Assembly: GCA_963718615.1 (NCBI GenBank)
Contig: OY970368.1
Coordinates: 1,440,001 to 1,504,000, forward strand
Source of the DNA: an uncultured cyanobacterium
GTDB lineage: Bacteria > Cyanobacteriota > Cyanobacteriia > PCC-9006 > JAAUQQ01
DNA: 64,000 nt
Direction: 5' to 3'
Positions 51,451-61,518 of this stretch are shown one piece after another. The notes under the pieces were generated by a model. That model did not search any database. It was not told where the DNA came from and saw nothing but the letters and a program-made list of their open reading frames with translations. The position numbers and the translations under genes were made by a program. How positions within the stretch are numbered: the first letter of the stretch is position 1; each line of letters starts with the position of its first letter.

Positions 51451-52692
51451 CTAAGAAAAATCCTCAAACCACCCCTTTCGCCAGAAAAACACCACCAATC
51501 CCCCCGCGATCGCCCCCATCCCCAACAAACAAGCCGGATAGCCATAGGCCCAGTTCAGCTCCGGCATATTCCAGCGCGAGACCTCTGGATTAAAGTTCAT
51601 TCCATACAGCCCCACCACAAACGAAAGCGGAATGAAAATGGTCGAGATAATCGTCAAAAACTTCATCACCTCATTCATTCGATTACTCACCGAAGATAGA
51701 TAGATATCCATCAACCCCGTCGCCAACTCCCGATAAGACTCCACAATATCCAGAATTTGCACCACATGGTCATAGCAATCCTGCAAATGTAACCGCACTT
51801 CCGACGAAATCAGCGGACTGCCATCACGAATCAGTTGAGTGAGCATTTCCCGCTGAGGCCAAATGGCGCGACGCAAAATCAAAAGCTCTCGCCGCAATCG
51901 ATAAATTTTTTTGACCGTCACCTTGGAAGGATGGCTAATGACTTCGTCTTCCAAATCTTCAATAATTTCACCATAGTCCTCTAGCACCGGGAAAAACCCG
52001 TCAATAATCGCATCTAACAGCGCATAGGTGAGATAGTCCGGTCCCCATTGACGAATTTGGCCGCGATCGTGGCGGATGCGATCGCGCACTGGCCCAAAGC
52101 AATCCAACTCCGGCTCCTCTTGTACCGTCAACAAATAATGGGGACCGAGAATAAAGCTCACTTGCTCGTTATAAAACTTGCGACCGCTGGGATAGGGCGT
52201 TACCATCCGGGCAATAATCACCAACTGATCGGGATACTGTTCCACCTTCGGGCGTTGCGGCACATTCACCACATCCTCCAACACCAGCCGATGAAGACTA
52301 AACGTATCCCCCACCTGCCGCAACACCGTTTCGCTCCCTAGCCCACGTACATCCAGCCAAGACACCTCTTCACTGGTAATGGCTTCGGGTTGGAGCTGCC
52401 CAATTTCAATGGTTTGGGAGTAAGCTCCCTGCTGGGAATATTCGATCAAGACTAGCTCCGGGGGGGTCGCGTCCTCCTCGATGTAGAGCGTGCCTGGAAC
52501 ATCGCCAATGTCATCGTAATAATCTTCAAAATATTCGTCTTCGTCCTCCGGATCGGGAGGGAGCGGAGCCGGTATTGTGGCCTGCAAGGTGGGGGTTGGG
52601 GGGCGATCGCCAGCACTGCCAGCACCATTACGCTGCTGAGCAAAGAAACGTCGAGCAAAGGGCAGCCAAGGGCGCTGGCGAGAATAACGCAT
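51451..52692 (-). CDS. corA: Magnesium/cobalt transporter CorA
   Basis: QRPKVE, MNEVMKFLT, YGMNF, MPELNW. Confidence 0.95.
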   Translation of the reverse strand: MRYSRQRPWLPFARRFFAQQRNGAGSAGDRPPTPTLQATIPAPLPPDPEDEDEYFEDYYDDIGDVPGTLYIEEDATPPELVLIEYSQQGAYSQTIEIGQLQPEAITSEEVSWLDVRGLGSETVLRQVGDTFSLHRLVLEDVVNVPQRPKVEQYPDQLVIIARMVTPYPSGRKFYNEQVSFILGPHYLLTVQEEPELDCFGPVRDRIRHDRGQIRQWGPDYLTYALLDAIIDGFFPVLEDYGEIIEDLEDEVISHPSKVTVKKIYRLRRELLILRRAIWPQREMLTQLIRDGSPLISSEVRLHLQDCYDHVVQILDIVESYRELATGLMDIYLSSVSNRMNEVMKFLTIISTIFIPLSFVVGLYGMNFNPEVSRWNMPELNWAYGYPACLLGMGAIAGGLVVFFWRKGWFEDFS

Positions 52693-52767
52693 GGCAAGTC
52701 TATCGAACTGGCAAACGAGAGGATCAAGACAATTATCCCAGCTCGTTTAGCCCCATGGTCTCTCTCT

Positions 52768-53055
52768 TTATTCCGGCTTCGGCTTGCGTTTCTTGGTATT
52801 AAACAGGCTAGACATGCTGAGTCCCGTCACCAGGAGGCCAATTAAGCCGAGGCCATTGAGGATAGGATAGACCGCTTCAAGATGGAAAATCTCCCCCGTA
52901 TGAATCTCCATCAACCAGCGTGGAGAGAGGCCAATATTCAGCCCCCATTCCCGTACAAAGGTCGCGGCCATCCCCGTAATCACCGTCAAGAAGACAGGAA
53001 TAGCAACCACTAAGGCAAGCCAGCGATGATACTTGCGAAATAGACGTTTAATCAT
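52768..53055 (-). CDS. PepSY-associated TM-helix small membrane protein
   Basis: RKYHRWLA..P..LTVITG; LMEIHTGE; two TMs. Confidence 0.72.
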   Translation of the reverse strand: MIKRLFRKYHRWLALVVAIPVFLTVITGMAATFVREWGLNIGLSPRWLMEIHTGEIFHLEAVYPILNGLGLIGLLVTGLSMSSLFNTKKRKPKPE

Positions 53056-53137
53056 GGATTTCAATGACGTTGAGGGTCTAATGAGGAGGCCAAGGCGATC
53101 GCTAGGAAATGCACCAAGAAATGCGCCAAGAAATGCG

Positions 53138-53593
53138 CTAGGGAATGCTTTGGATATGGTCATTCATGGCTTGCAGCGCCGTTAAAGCATTGTCCGATTT
53201 CCCTGCTTTGAGGGCATTGGAAACCTCATCCATGTCTTTTTCAATTGCATCATAGCTGCTGCCAGACTTTTGCTTCACTTGATCTTCCACCGGTTGCCAA
53301 GCGGATTCAAATTTTTCAAACTCCTGCTGAGCTTTCGCAAAATCTTTCAGTTCCACCGCCGCTTTGGTTTGAGCGACCACCGTCGATAAACCTGGATAGC
53401 CCGTGGTGGCTGAGGTGGCTGTTGAAGTCGTTGCTGAACTGGCAGTGGTCGCTGGACTGGTCATGGTGTCAGGAGCCTGGGCCTGGGGTTGCTGGGCACA
53501 TCCCACCAAAAGCACTAGGGCAATCAGACCCGTGCCAATACCCGTGCCAATACCTGTGCCAATCTCCTTACCCAGAAAAGCGTTGAGTCGCAT
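53138..53593 (-). CDS. Putative lipoprotein (helical bundle)
   Basis: Lipobox LLVGC; FEKFESAWQPVEDQVK..Y.AIE. Confidence 0.72.
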   Translation of the reverse strand: MRLNAFLGKEIGTGIGTGIGTGLIALVLLVGCAQQPQAQAPDTMTSPATTASSATTSTATSATTGYPGLSTVVAQTKAAVELKDFAKAQQEFEKFESAWQPVEDQVKQKSGSSYDAIEKDMDEVSNALKAGKSDNALTALQAMNDHIQSIP

Positions 53594-53681
53594 AGCTAAT
53601 CCTTTGAAGTCTTAATGATCTGTGAATGTTCACAGCCTAAGGGAGGGCTGGTAAAAAACTCGGAAAGATCCTGAGCTTTTG

Positions 53682-55097
53682 TTACACGGTTGGCAGACTA
53701 ATCTGGAAACAACTGCCTTGGCCCAGCCGACTCTGCACCGTAATCTCTCCTTGGTGGCGATGGGCGATGACCTGGGCGATCGCCAATCCCAGCCCTGTAC
53801 CGCCCTCCCGATAGGCGCGAGCCTGGTCTGCTCGCCAGAACCGATCGAAGACATGGGCTAAATGTTCAGGCTCAATACCAATACCTGTGTCCTTAACCTG
53901 AAGGGTGACCCAGGGGCCATCGACTTGAACCGCCAGTGTAATTTGGCCCCCACTGGGAGTATATTGCAGCGCATTGGCAATCAGATTTCCCAGCAGGCGC
54001 TTGAGCTGAGAGGGATTGCCGACAATGGAGGCTGGGGTGCGAATATTGGCCACAAACTCAATTTGCTGCTGTTCCGCCTGAAGCAGAAATTGATCCACCA
54101 GTTCCTCCAGCAACTCTTCCACCGGAATGATCGTCCCCTGGGAGATCCCTGGGCGTTCGCGATCGCTTCTGGCCAACCAGAGCAAATCATCAATCAATTG
54201 TCCCATTTGGCCCGTGGCGCTGGCGATCGCTGCAAGTTTTTCCTGATCCGATGGTTCTAGGCTGCCTGCACGACTTTGCAGCACTTCCGTTGAAAGCTTG
54301 ATCGCCGTCAGGGGATTGCGCAGTTCGTGGGAGGCATCGGCGGTAAACTGCTTGAGCTGTTCTAGGCTGCGGGCGATCGGCTGGAGCGACTGCCGGGTGA
54401 GCCACCAACTGCCCAGGCCCGAGAGGACTAGCGCCAAAAGACTCCCCGATTGTAGGCCCAAGCGGAGCCGCTTGAGTTCTTCCTGGGTTGCTCGACTGGA
54501 CTCGCTAACGCGGACATAGCCGATCAGGCTGAGCGTCTTAGCGTCAAGGGTCTTTTGATAGGCCGGGAGGGTGAGGACATGCAGCTGATCGTCCTGGGGG
54601 CGATCGCCCTCTTGCTCCAAGAACGCTTCGTCTGGGCGCTCCAGACCGGTCCCCTGGAGCTTCTGTTGAGAGGCAGGTTGAGAAGTAACTTGAGAAGCAG
54701 GTTGAGAGGCAAAAATCGACCCCGATCGCCCTAGCAGCTGCCCCTTTTCATCAAACCATTCCAATCCCTGTTCCGCCTGTTGAAGCGATTGCCAAGGTAA
54801 ATCCAGATCCCCATCGTCATCGAGTTGTTTGGAATTCGATGGATTAAAATTCGATGGATGGATGCGATTCGGATTGGCTTTAATCTCCGCCAAACTGTGA
54901 ATCGCTGCATCTCCCAAGAGTTTGAGCCGCCGGTCCGCTCGACGCTCTAGGGTATGGGCAACAACTTGATAGACCACGAGTGAAAAAACAATTACCGTAC
55001 AGCAGATCACCCCTAGGGATGACAACAGCAGTCGCCAGCCTAAGGTGCTGAGCAGTGGATTGGTTGCAAAGGGAGACCAGGTTTTTACCAATTTCAT
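53682..55097 (-). CDS. Sensor histidine kinase
   Basis: FTADASHELRNPL, NLIANALQY, DTGIGI, GTGLGLAI; two TMs. Confidence 0.95.
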   Translation of the reverse strand: MKLVKTWSPFATNPLLSTLGWRLLLSSLGVICCTVIVFSLVVYQVVAHTLERRADRRLKLLGDAAIHSLAEIKANPNRIHPSNFNPSNSKQLDDDGDLDLPWQSLQQAEQGLEWFDEKGQLLGRSGSIFASQPASQVTSQPASQQKLQGTGLERPDEAFLEQEGDRPQDDQLHVLTLPAYQKTLDAKTLSLIGYVRVSESSRATQEELKRLRLGLQSGSLLALVLSGLGSWWLTRQSLQPIARSLEQLKQFTADASHELRNPLTAIKLSTEVLQSRAGSLEPSDQEKLAAIASATGQMGQLIDDLLWLARSDRERPGISQGTIIPVEELLEELVDQFLLQAEQQQIEFVANIRTPASIVGNPSQLKRLLGNLIANALQYTPSGGQITLAVQVDGPWVTLQVKDTGIGIEPEHLAHVFDRFWRADQARAYREGGTGLGLAIAQVIAHRHQGEITVQSRLGQGSCFQISLPTV

Positions 55098-55109
55098 GAT
55101 CGACCTGGG

Positions 55110-55781
55110 TTAGTGAGGTTTGAGGCGATATCCCACGCCATAAACGGTTTCAATCAGCTCCGGAGCCCCGGCTGCGGCAAGTTTTTGACGGAGCGATCGC
55201 AGATGCACTTTCACCGTTTCTGCCCCTGGCGGATCCACCGAAGACCACAACTGCTCCACAATCATACTGCGACTCAGCGTCCGCTGGGGCTGACGTAGGA
55301 AGAGTTCGAGCAGCTGATATTCTTTAGGCGTGAGCTGCAGGGAATGGGGGCCATAAACAACGATTTTGCTGCCAGGGTCTAACTGCAATTGTCCCCAGGA
55401 TAGAACCGGAGGTAAGCTCAGATTACTACGCCGCAAAAGCGCCCGAATTCGGGCCAGAAGTTCGGTGAGTTCGAAGGGCTTAACCACATAATCATCGGCT
55501 CCAGCGTCAAGACCCATGACTTTATCGGTACTGGTATCTTTGGCGGTCAGCAGGAGCACTGGCGTTTGCAACCCTTTTTGGCGCAGTCGCTGACAGAACT
55601 GAATGCCATCGAGCTTCGGCAACATCCAATCTAGCAAAATCAAGCTGTACTCATAAACCTCAACGAAGTCCCAACCCGCTTCACCATCATGGGCCACATC
55701 AACCGCGTAGAGCTGCGCCGTCAGGGCTTCTGCCAGCGCTTTTGTAATTCGTTCGTCATCTTCAACGATCAAGATTTTCAT
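55110..55781 (-). CDS. OmpR-family response regulator
   Basis: ILIVEDD, LDWMLP, GADDYVVKPF, IETVYGVGY. Confidence 0.96.
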   Translation of the reverse strand: MKILIVEDDERITKALAEALTAQLYAVDVAHDGEAGWDFVEVYEYSLILLDWMLPKLDGIQFCQRLRQKGLQTPVLLLTAKDTSTDKVMGLDAGADDYVVKPFELTELLARIRALLRRSNLSLPPVLSWGQLQLDPGSKIVVYGPHSLQLTPKEYQLLELFLRQPQRTLSRSMIVEQLWSSVDPPGAETVKVHLRSLRQKLAAAGAPELIETVYGVGYRLKPH

Positions 55782-55869
55782 AGAAAAATTTTTACCATGG
55801 TCTTCACGCTTCTAGAGGAGTTCTAGGTTTGATTCTAGGCCAGCCCCCGGTCTGGGCAATCTAAGGGAG

Positions 55870-57309
55870 GTGAGGGTGCAGCGAATTTCGTTAGTTACTG
55901 AAGCTTACGTCGCTGCAATGATAGGTAATTTTAAGGAGTGGGTTCCTGCGGGAGCCTGGAAGGGACTACTTGCCCTCGCCCTCGTGGGGGGCGGCATGGT
56001 CTATTGGGGACGAACTGCGTCTGAGGGGACTAACGGGGCTAACCCGTCTGGCGATCGCCCCCCTAAAACAGCGCTACGGGCCACAGCGCTGCGGGCCAAG
56101 GTATTGGAGAACCTTAATCGCGATCGCCAAAACCAAGGTCTTTCCCCCCTGACCCCGGATCCTCGCCTTGACCGCGAAGCCCAAACCTACGCCGAGGCGA
56201 TCGCTCAGGGAATCCATGACCGGGGCGATCGCGAGAATTCCCCTAACCTCAATGACACCCACTTTGGCTTTGGCCTTGCCACAAACCCTAAAACGGGTGA
56301 CTTCTATGTGGTGCAACTTCTGAGCGGTCCAGCGGTTGATCGGCTGTTGCCTGTGGAACTTCCGGCAAGACCCCCGGCAAGACTTCCGGCAGGACGCCCT
56401 GGGGCCGATCCCTTCCGCGATGCCGTCAATACAGCCATGGCAGCGGCCAAGCTGACGCAAACCGCTAAAACCCAAGCAGAATGGGCGACTGTGGTGGAAC
56501 ATTGGACAGTGGCGATCGCCCAAATGCAAGCCGTCCCGACCCAGCATCCCCGCTATGGGGTAGCGCAGCACAAAGCCAAGGAATATACCAATAATCTCAA
56601 CTATGCCGAGAAAAATGCCGAGAAAAATGCTGATGCCCAGAATAAGACTGGGACGGCTCTGGGTCTGCCAGCCACATCTGTTTCTCCAGCCTCTGGCTCC
56701 GGCCATGGGTTCCCCGATGCCTCTCAGTCTTCATCACAATCCCCAGGACTTGCCATTGCCCAAGCGGGAGGAGATGTTGATGCATCCTTCTTACCTGGTT
56801 CTACAAATCCCTCCTCTTGGTTGATTAGCTTGGTCGGTGGCGGATTTCTGGTCTTGGTCATGACCGCAGGCCCCTTGGGTCTTTTTGAACGGCGGGGAAA
56901 GGGCGATTTAGATGGTCAAACATCTTTCTCTCCTTCTAGAAATTCTAGAGATTCTGCAAGTTCTGCAAAATTATCCTGGAAACCCACCTTCTCCAACCCC
57001 ATTCAAGATTGGTTGGAATCTCAGTCGTTTTTCCCCTTCAGTCGTCACCACAACGGTTCCTCAACGGCTTCTGCCCATCAGCTGCAGCGCAAGCTTTATC
57101 GGCGTCTGTTGACCTTGACGAAGGACCAGGCGATCGCCATGCATCTGATCAAAGAAAACCTGCGCCGCCACCCCAAAAAATCCGTCAACTGGTGTTGTGA
57201 GCAGGCCATTCGCGATTTGGAAAAGCAACGGCAGCGTGAGGAACAGCTCAAACTGCCGCCCCGTCCGCCTCTTGCGGAGGAACCACCGGAGACTTCTGGC
57301 TGGGGATAG
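55870..57309 (+). CDS. Hypothetical membrane protein with a truncated CAP-like segment
   Basis: Two TMs; LNRDRQNQGLSPL...THFGFGL...YVVQL; the start may be the ATG at 55918. Confidence 0.65.
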   Translation: MRVQRISLVTEAYVAAMIGNFKEWVPAGAWKGLLALALVGGGMVYWGRTASEGTNGANPSGDRPPKTALRATALRAKVLENLNRDRQNQGLSPLTPDPRLDREAQTYAEAIAQGIHDRGDRENSPNLNDTHFGFGLATNPKTGDFYVVQLLSGPAVDRLLPVELPARPPARLPAGRPGADPFRDAVNTAMAAAKLTQTAKTQAEWATVVEHWTVAIAQMQAVPTQHPRYGVAQHKAKEYTNNLNYAEKNAEKNADAQNKTGTALGLPATSVSPASGSGHGFPDASQSSSQSPGLAIAQAGGDVDASFLPGSTNPSSWLISLVGGGFLVLVMTAGPLGLFERRGKGDLDGQTSFSPSRNSRDSASSAKLSWKPTFSNPIQDWLESQSFFPFSRHHNGSSTASAHQLQRKLYRRLLTLTKDQAIAMHLIKENLRRHPKKSVNWCCEQAIRDLEKQRQREEQLKLPPRPPLAEEPPETSGWG

Positions 57310-57380
57310 AGCCCGCGAGGGAAAGGGGACGTTATCCTAGACCTCAGACTTTATCTTGAACAGATCCCGAGATCCCGCCC

Positions 57381-58052
57381 ATGGCTCCCTTTGACGATCG
57401 CGATTCAACCCAGCCCCAGCCTCCTACGGACCCCTTTGCCGCTGCCGGGGAAGCGGCCCATCAGGCCCTGCAAGACGCCACCGAATTTTTAGGCAAAGGG
57501 GTTGAACCCTTAGCTAGTAGCCCCTTTATGGATTGGGTTGCTCGGTTTCCCGGCATGGGATGGATTTTGGCGGCCCTGGGGCGGGTCAATACGGCCAAAA
57601 TTACGGCGGAGGTGGCGCAACTGCGTGCTGACCATCCCCTGGAAACTGCGGCGGAACTGAGCGATCGCATCATCAAAAGCGCCGCCCTCACCGCAGGCAG
57701 CATCGGTCTATTGACTAACTTTGTTCCTCCGTTGGCGCTGACGCTCTTTGCGGTGGATCTATTAGCGGTGGCGATGCTGCAAGCCGAAATGATTTACCGA
57801 GTGGCGGCGGCCTACGGTTTTTCCCTCCAAGATCCCGCCCGTCGAGGAGAAGTGTTAACGATTTTTGGCTTTTCCCTGGCGGCTTCTAGTGCGATTAAAA
57901 CAGGGCTGAGCGTGGTGGAGATGGTTCCTGTGGTTGGCACAGCGTTGGGGGCCACGAGCAACGCAGCCTTGATCTACACCTTGGGCAATGCCGCCAAACA
58001 GTTCTATGCCGGGAAGGCCAACAAGATTCCGGTGACGACCCCCGACGTCTAG
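57381..58052 (+). CDS. EcsC/DUF697-like membrane-associated protein
   Basis: LQAEMIYRVAAAYG, VPVVGTALGA. Confidence 0.7.
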   Translation: MAPFDDRDSTQPQPPTDPFAAAGEAAHQALQDATEFLGKGVEPLASSPFMDWVARFPGMGWILAALGRVNTAKITAEVAQLRADHPLETAAELSDRIIKSAALTAGSIGLLTNFVPPLALTLFAVDLLAVAMLQAEMIYRVAAAYGFSLQDPARRGEVLTIFGFSLAASSAIKTGLSVVEMVPVVGTALGATSNAALIYTLGNAAKQFYAGKANKIPVTTPDV

Positions 58053-58084
58053 CTCAACCCGCTCAACCCGATCCGCTCAATCCG

Positions 58085-58492
58085 CTAGGTCAACGCCTTA
58101 CTCAAAATCCCCACGACTTGTCCGCCAGCCTTGGTTTGGGCAAAGCTGAGAATGGTTGGCATGAATTTAGAAATCATGCTGGGATCCATGCCGAGTTTGG
58201 AGAAGCCTGCTGCGAGGCCAATCATATTGGTGACATTGCTGGCCGCGCCTCCGGCCTTGCCCCCCATGCCGCCGGCCAGTCCGCCTAGGGCTCCCATGAG
58301 TCCACCTCCCCCTTTCTTTTCGCTGGGAGCGGCTTGGAGCAGTTCCTGGACACCGGGCAGAGCCTGAGCCACTTGGGCAAATTCATGGTCTTCAAGTTTT
58401 GCCTTGGCCATTTGCATGATCAAGCCTGCGCCGCCTTTGGCCTGTTCTTCCTGGACGCCAAGACTTTGGACGAGATGCTGAACGAGTTCCAT
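58085..58492 (-). CDS. DUF2780-like protein
   Basis: LGVQEEQAKGGAG, FSKLGMD..MISKF; Gly-rich. Confidence 0.7.
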   Translation of the reverse strand: MELVQHLVQSLGVQEEQAKGGAGLIMQMAKAKLEDHEFAQVAQALPGVQELLQAAPSEKKGGGGLMGALGGLAGGMGGKAGGAASNVTNMIGLAAGFSKLGMDPSMISKFMPTILSFAQTKAGGQVVGILSKALT

Positions 58493-58611
58493 GGGAGTTT
58501 CCTGGAGTTCTTGGGTTGGTATTGTTAGTCTACTGCTTTTACTTTGATAAGGTTTATCGATCGTTACGGGGCGTTACGGGGTGATGACGAGATTAAGGGA
58601 CGGCATAGGCG

Positions 58612-59028
58612 CTAATCCCATTCAACTTTGCCCCGGTTGGCTTTGAGATGCGATCGCTTGGTTTTGCTATCTAGGCGTTTTTTCTGAGCGGTTTTGCTAG
58701 GTTTGGTGGGTCTACGGGCTTTCTGGACAACCATCACGCTTTGAATCAGCAATTTTAGCCGAGCCAGGGCGGCTTCTTTGTTTTTCTCTTGGGTGCGGTG
58801 TTCTTGGGATTTCAGGACGATCACGCCGTCTTTGGTGATGCGTTTGTCGTTGAGGGCAAGGAGTTTGGTTTTGTAATAGTCGGGGAGGGAGGAGGCGTGG
58901 ATATCGAAGCGCAGATGAATTGCGGTTGCAACTTTATTAACGTTTTGCCCCCCGGCTCCCTGGGCGCGGACGGCGTTGAGTTCGATTTCGGTTTCTGGCA
59001 GGGCGACGGTTTTGGAAATGCGCAGCAT
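58612..59028 (-). CDS. arfB: Alternative ribosome rescue factor B (peptidyl-tRNA hydrolase)
   Basis: GAGGQNVNKV, HRTQEKNK, basic tail RRPTKPS..KKRLDSK. Confidence 0.95.
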   Translation of the reverse strand: MLRISKTVALPETEIELNAVRAQGAGGQNVNKVATAIHLRFDIHASSLPDYYKTKLLALNDKRITKDGVIVLKSQEHRTQEKNKEAALARLKLLIQSVMVVQKARRPTKPSKTAQKKRLDSKTKRSHLKANRGKVEWD

Positions 59029-59174
59029 GGTAATACTGTAACGGACTTAGGGTGGGGTTGAGCCGATAAGACCGCCAGCATGATGTGAGGCTGTCGCTGT
59101 TTCAGCAACAAAACCTGCCTTGGCGATCGCCCATCCCCCAAATCCCATTCCCCATCGGTCGCGTGGATCATGAT

Positions 59175-59238
59175 GGGCGGGTTTTGGCGTTAAATTTGTG
59201 GGGAGTCGTCAATGATTGTTTGCTAAACCCGCCCCTAC
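59175..59238 (-). repeat. GTAG-type REP element
   Basis: GGGCGGGTTT...AAACCCGCCC-CTAC inverted repeat. Confidence 0.6.
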
Positions 59239-59252
59239 GGGACGCTGAACCG

Positions 59253-59687
59253 ATGAACCCACCCATGGACAAACCCACGAACCAAACTGAACTCCTCCGA
59301 CTCATCGACCAGGCGGCGGCGGGCTGGACGGAGCTGGATTTGGCGGGGTTGGGGTTAACGGAGTTGCCGGAGGCGTTGGGGCGGTTGGTGACGTTGGAGC
59401 GGTTGGTTTTGGGGAAGTTAGATGAGGAGAAGGGAGAATGGGTGGGGAATGGGTTGGTGGAGTTGCCGGGGTGGATTGGGCGGTTGGAGAATTTGCGGGT
59501 GTTGGAGGCGAGGTATAACAAGTTTGAGTTTTTTTCCCAGAGGCGATCGCGCAGGTCCAAAACCTTCAGACACTCTATTTATTCAACAACTAAATCCCGG
59601 AGATATCCGAAAAGATCGCACGACTTCACAATCTTTAAGCACTTGATTTAGTTAACAAAAAATCACGGATACACCTCAGGCGATCGC
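59253..59687 (+). pseudogene. 5' fragment of an LRR-Roc-COR (Roco)-like gene (LRR region)
   Basis: ELLRLIDQAAAGWTELDLAGLGLTELP N-terminus; LRRs continue after a frameshift (FPEAIAQVQNLQTLYLFNN*IPEISEKIARLHNL*ALDL) with two in-frame TAA stops; breaks at the HIP1 site 59680-59687. Confidence 0.78.
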
Positions 59688-59694
59688 AGTATAG

Positions 59695-60600
59695 CTAAAC
59701 ATGAAGGATTGCCTTCAAATAAGCATCAGCTTTATTTATGGCTTCGTTGCTTGATTGAGACAATTCGTCACGAAATTCTTCTGCGCTAGATACATCTCTA
59801 AGAACAGTCAATGCTTGTAGAAATTCAGAGTTTAGATTGTCATCTAATAAATTAAACTCTATGTCTATCAAGCAATCTCGAATTGCATAACGTAAATCGT
59901 TTAAAGTCTGCTCCCCATCTTTGATCAACCCTTCTATGCTTGACACAACAGTTTCATAGTCTGAAGTGGTTGGCTTGACTTCTCTCTCAGTAGTTACTGC
60001 ATAGGCTTTTACCCTTAAACCTTCTTCTTGCTTTCGCATTATTTTCATTGACTTCTTTACACTACTATACCTTCTAAGCATTGAGCCAATGTTATTGTAA
60101 ATTTGGAAATGTGTATGATTTTCTGAGGGAATCATCAGATTATCAATATTAAAACTATCTGTCTTTATACTTACACTGTAAGCTTTAGAATCTAGGTTAG
60201 ACGGGAGAGATACTAAATAAGCTTGTATATTATCCTTGTTTTGAAAGCAAAAAGGGAAAATCTCCTTATGTCCTTCGCTAGTTTTAAATAAGGCAAAGCC
60301 TATATCCTCCATTTTTTTTACTTTCCGATCTCTGTCTGTCTCGGTCCAAACCACTGAAGCTATGGCTACAAGAGAAGTTATTAATAGAAATTTTAAAAGA
60401 TACCCGGTCCCTGTCAGTAGCAGTTTTAGAAAGTGATCAAAGACTAGAAAAGGAATATGGAGAATGTAGTTAATCAATGAAATTAGTGCATTACCAGCAA
60501 AAACCGACAGTGAAATTAGTGTGCTACCAACAAAAGTTGACATTGCAGCAATAAGGACCAAACAAAGAAGTGTTAGAAATAAGTTTGCCATCATTTTCAA
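59695..60600 (-). CDS. AT-rich hypothetical membrane protein (foreign cassette)
   Basis: 301-aa ORF; hydrophobic N-terminus, helical C-terminus; low GC, no HIP1. Confidence 0.6.
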   Translation of the reverse strand: MKMMANLFLTLLCLVLIAAMSTFVGSTLISLSVFAGNALISLINYILHIPFLVFDHFLKLLLTGTGYLLKFLLITSLVAIASVVWTETDRDRKVKKMEDIGFALFKTSEGHKEIFPFCFQNKDNIQAYLVSLPSNLDSKAYSVSIKTDSFNIDNLMIPSENHTHFQIYNNIGSMLRRYSSVKKSMKIMRKQEEGLRVKAYAVTTEREVKPTTSDYETVVSSIEGLIKDGEQTLNDLRYAIRDCLIDIEFNLLDDNLNSEFLQALTVLRDVSSAEEFRDELSQSSNEAINKADAYLKAILHV

Positions 60601-60658
60601 TTTGAGTTAAATACAAAAGCTCTTTTCTTTTTGATATTCGTAAAGCGATTGAGAAATA

Positions 60659-61518
60659 GGTAGTCTACTTTAGTAAAGGATGGAGAAAATATCATTGGGC
60701 TGGTTGTTCAGCATCTTTATCTCTGATTAGACGGTTGTACTCATGAATGAAATTCCAAATTGCACCGATATAATTGTCCAGCTTCTTCGAGAAAGACAAG
60801 GTTTTTCTCACTAGGCGCAAAACCCTCTGCCTCAGAGTGTTGTTGAATCTTTCTATGTAGCTGGTCAATCCACTGTCTTTGCCGACGGCACGATGACGCT
60901 TCGCTGGAATCACACTCTCGTAGGCTTCTCCAAAATCCGTATAGACCGTGGCACATTGCCGATACACACTCGGCAAGGATTGCCATAACGCCCTAGCTGA
61001 GTCTCGGGAAGGGTCGCCGATGTGACAGCCAATCACCTCTCGGGTATCAGCATCCAGGGCTAGCCAGACCCATTGCTTGTTGCCCTTATGGTCCACAAAC
61101 GACCATAGCTCATCCATTTGCACCCTCAGCTTTCCTTTTGCTTTGGGCAGCACCTCTGCCTTTTGAGGCACCGCTTTATAGTATTTATTGACGTAATCTT
61201 GCAGCCAACTACTCGAAACGCCCGGCGCTCTAGCAATCCCTGCCAGTGGAATTTTCTCTAGCAACAGCAGGTTGATCAAACTCTGGGTATCTTTGTCTTT
61301 CGGCTTCCACTGGGGGTCTTCGACAAACTGTCGGTTGCAGTCTCGGCATTTGTAGTTTTGTTTGCCTCGGCGGGTTGTGCCGTTCTTGGAAATGTCGTGG
61401 GAGCCACAGGTGGGGCAAGTACGTTCTATGGTCATCTTTTCCTTTCTCCTACAACCGCTCCTGGTTTCTACAACAGCTTTTCCTTGTTTTCCTTTATCCT
61501 TTACACAAAGGCGTTACC
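60659..61518 (-). mobile_element. IS1-family insertion sequence (860 bp)
   Basis: Ends GGTAGTCTACTTTAGTAAAGGAT and (reverse complement) GGTAACGCCTTTGTGTAAAGGAT; flanks GAGAAATA and CAGAAATA (7/8 TSD). Confidence 0.88.
60692..61435 (-). CDS. IS1 transposase, single fused InsAB ORF
   Basis: CPTC..CRDC and QMDELWSFV...IERFNNTLRQR in one frame. Confidence 0.92.
   Translation of the reverse strand: MTIERTCPTCGSHDISKNGTTRRGKQNYKCRDCNRQFVEDPQWKPKDKDTQSLINLLLLEKIPLAGIARAPGVSSSWLQDYVNKYYKAVPQKAEVLPKAKGKLRVQMDELWSFVDHKGNKQWVWLALDADTREVIGCHIGDPSRDSARALWQSLPSVYRQCATVYTDFGEAYESVIPAKRHRAVGKDSGLTSYIERFNNTLRQRVLRLVRKTLSFSKKLDNYIGAIWNFIHEYNRLIRDKDAEQPAQ

Noticed and set aside
59085-59651. 188-aa ORF as an intact gene
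   Set aside because: Its 5' part runs over a REP element and its 3' part is out of frame with the LRR; treated as a pseudogene fragment.
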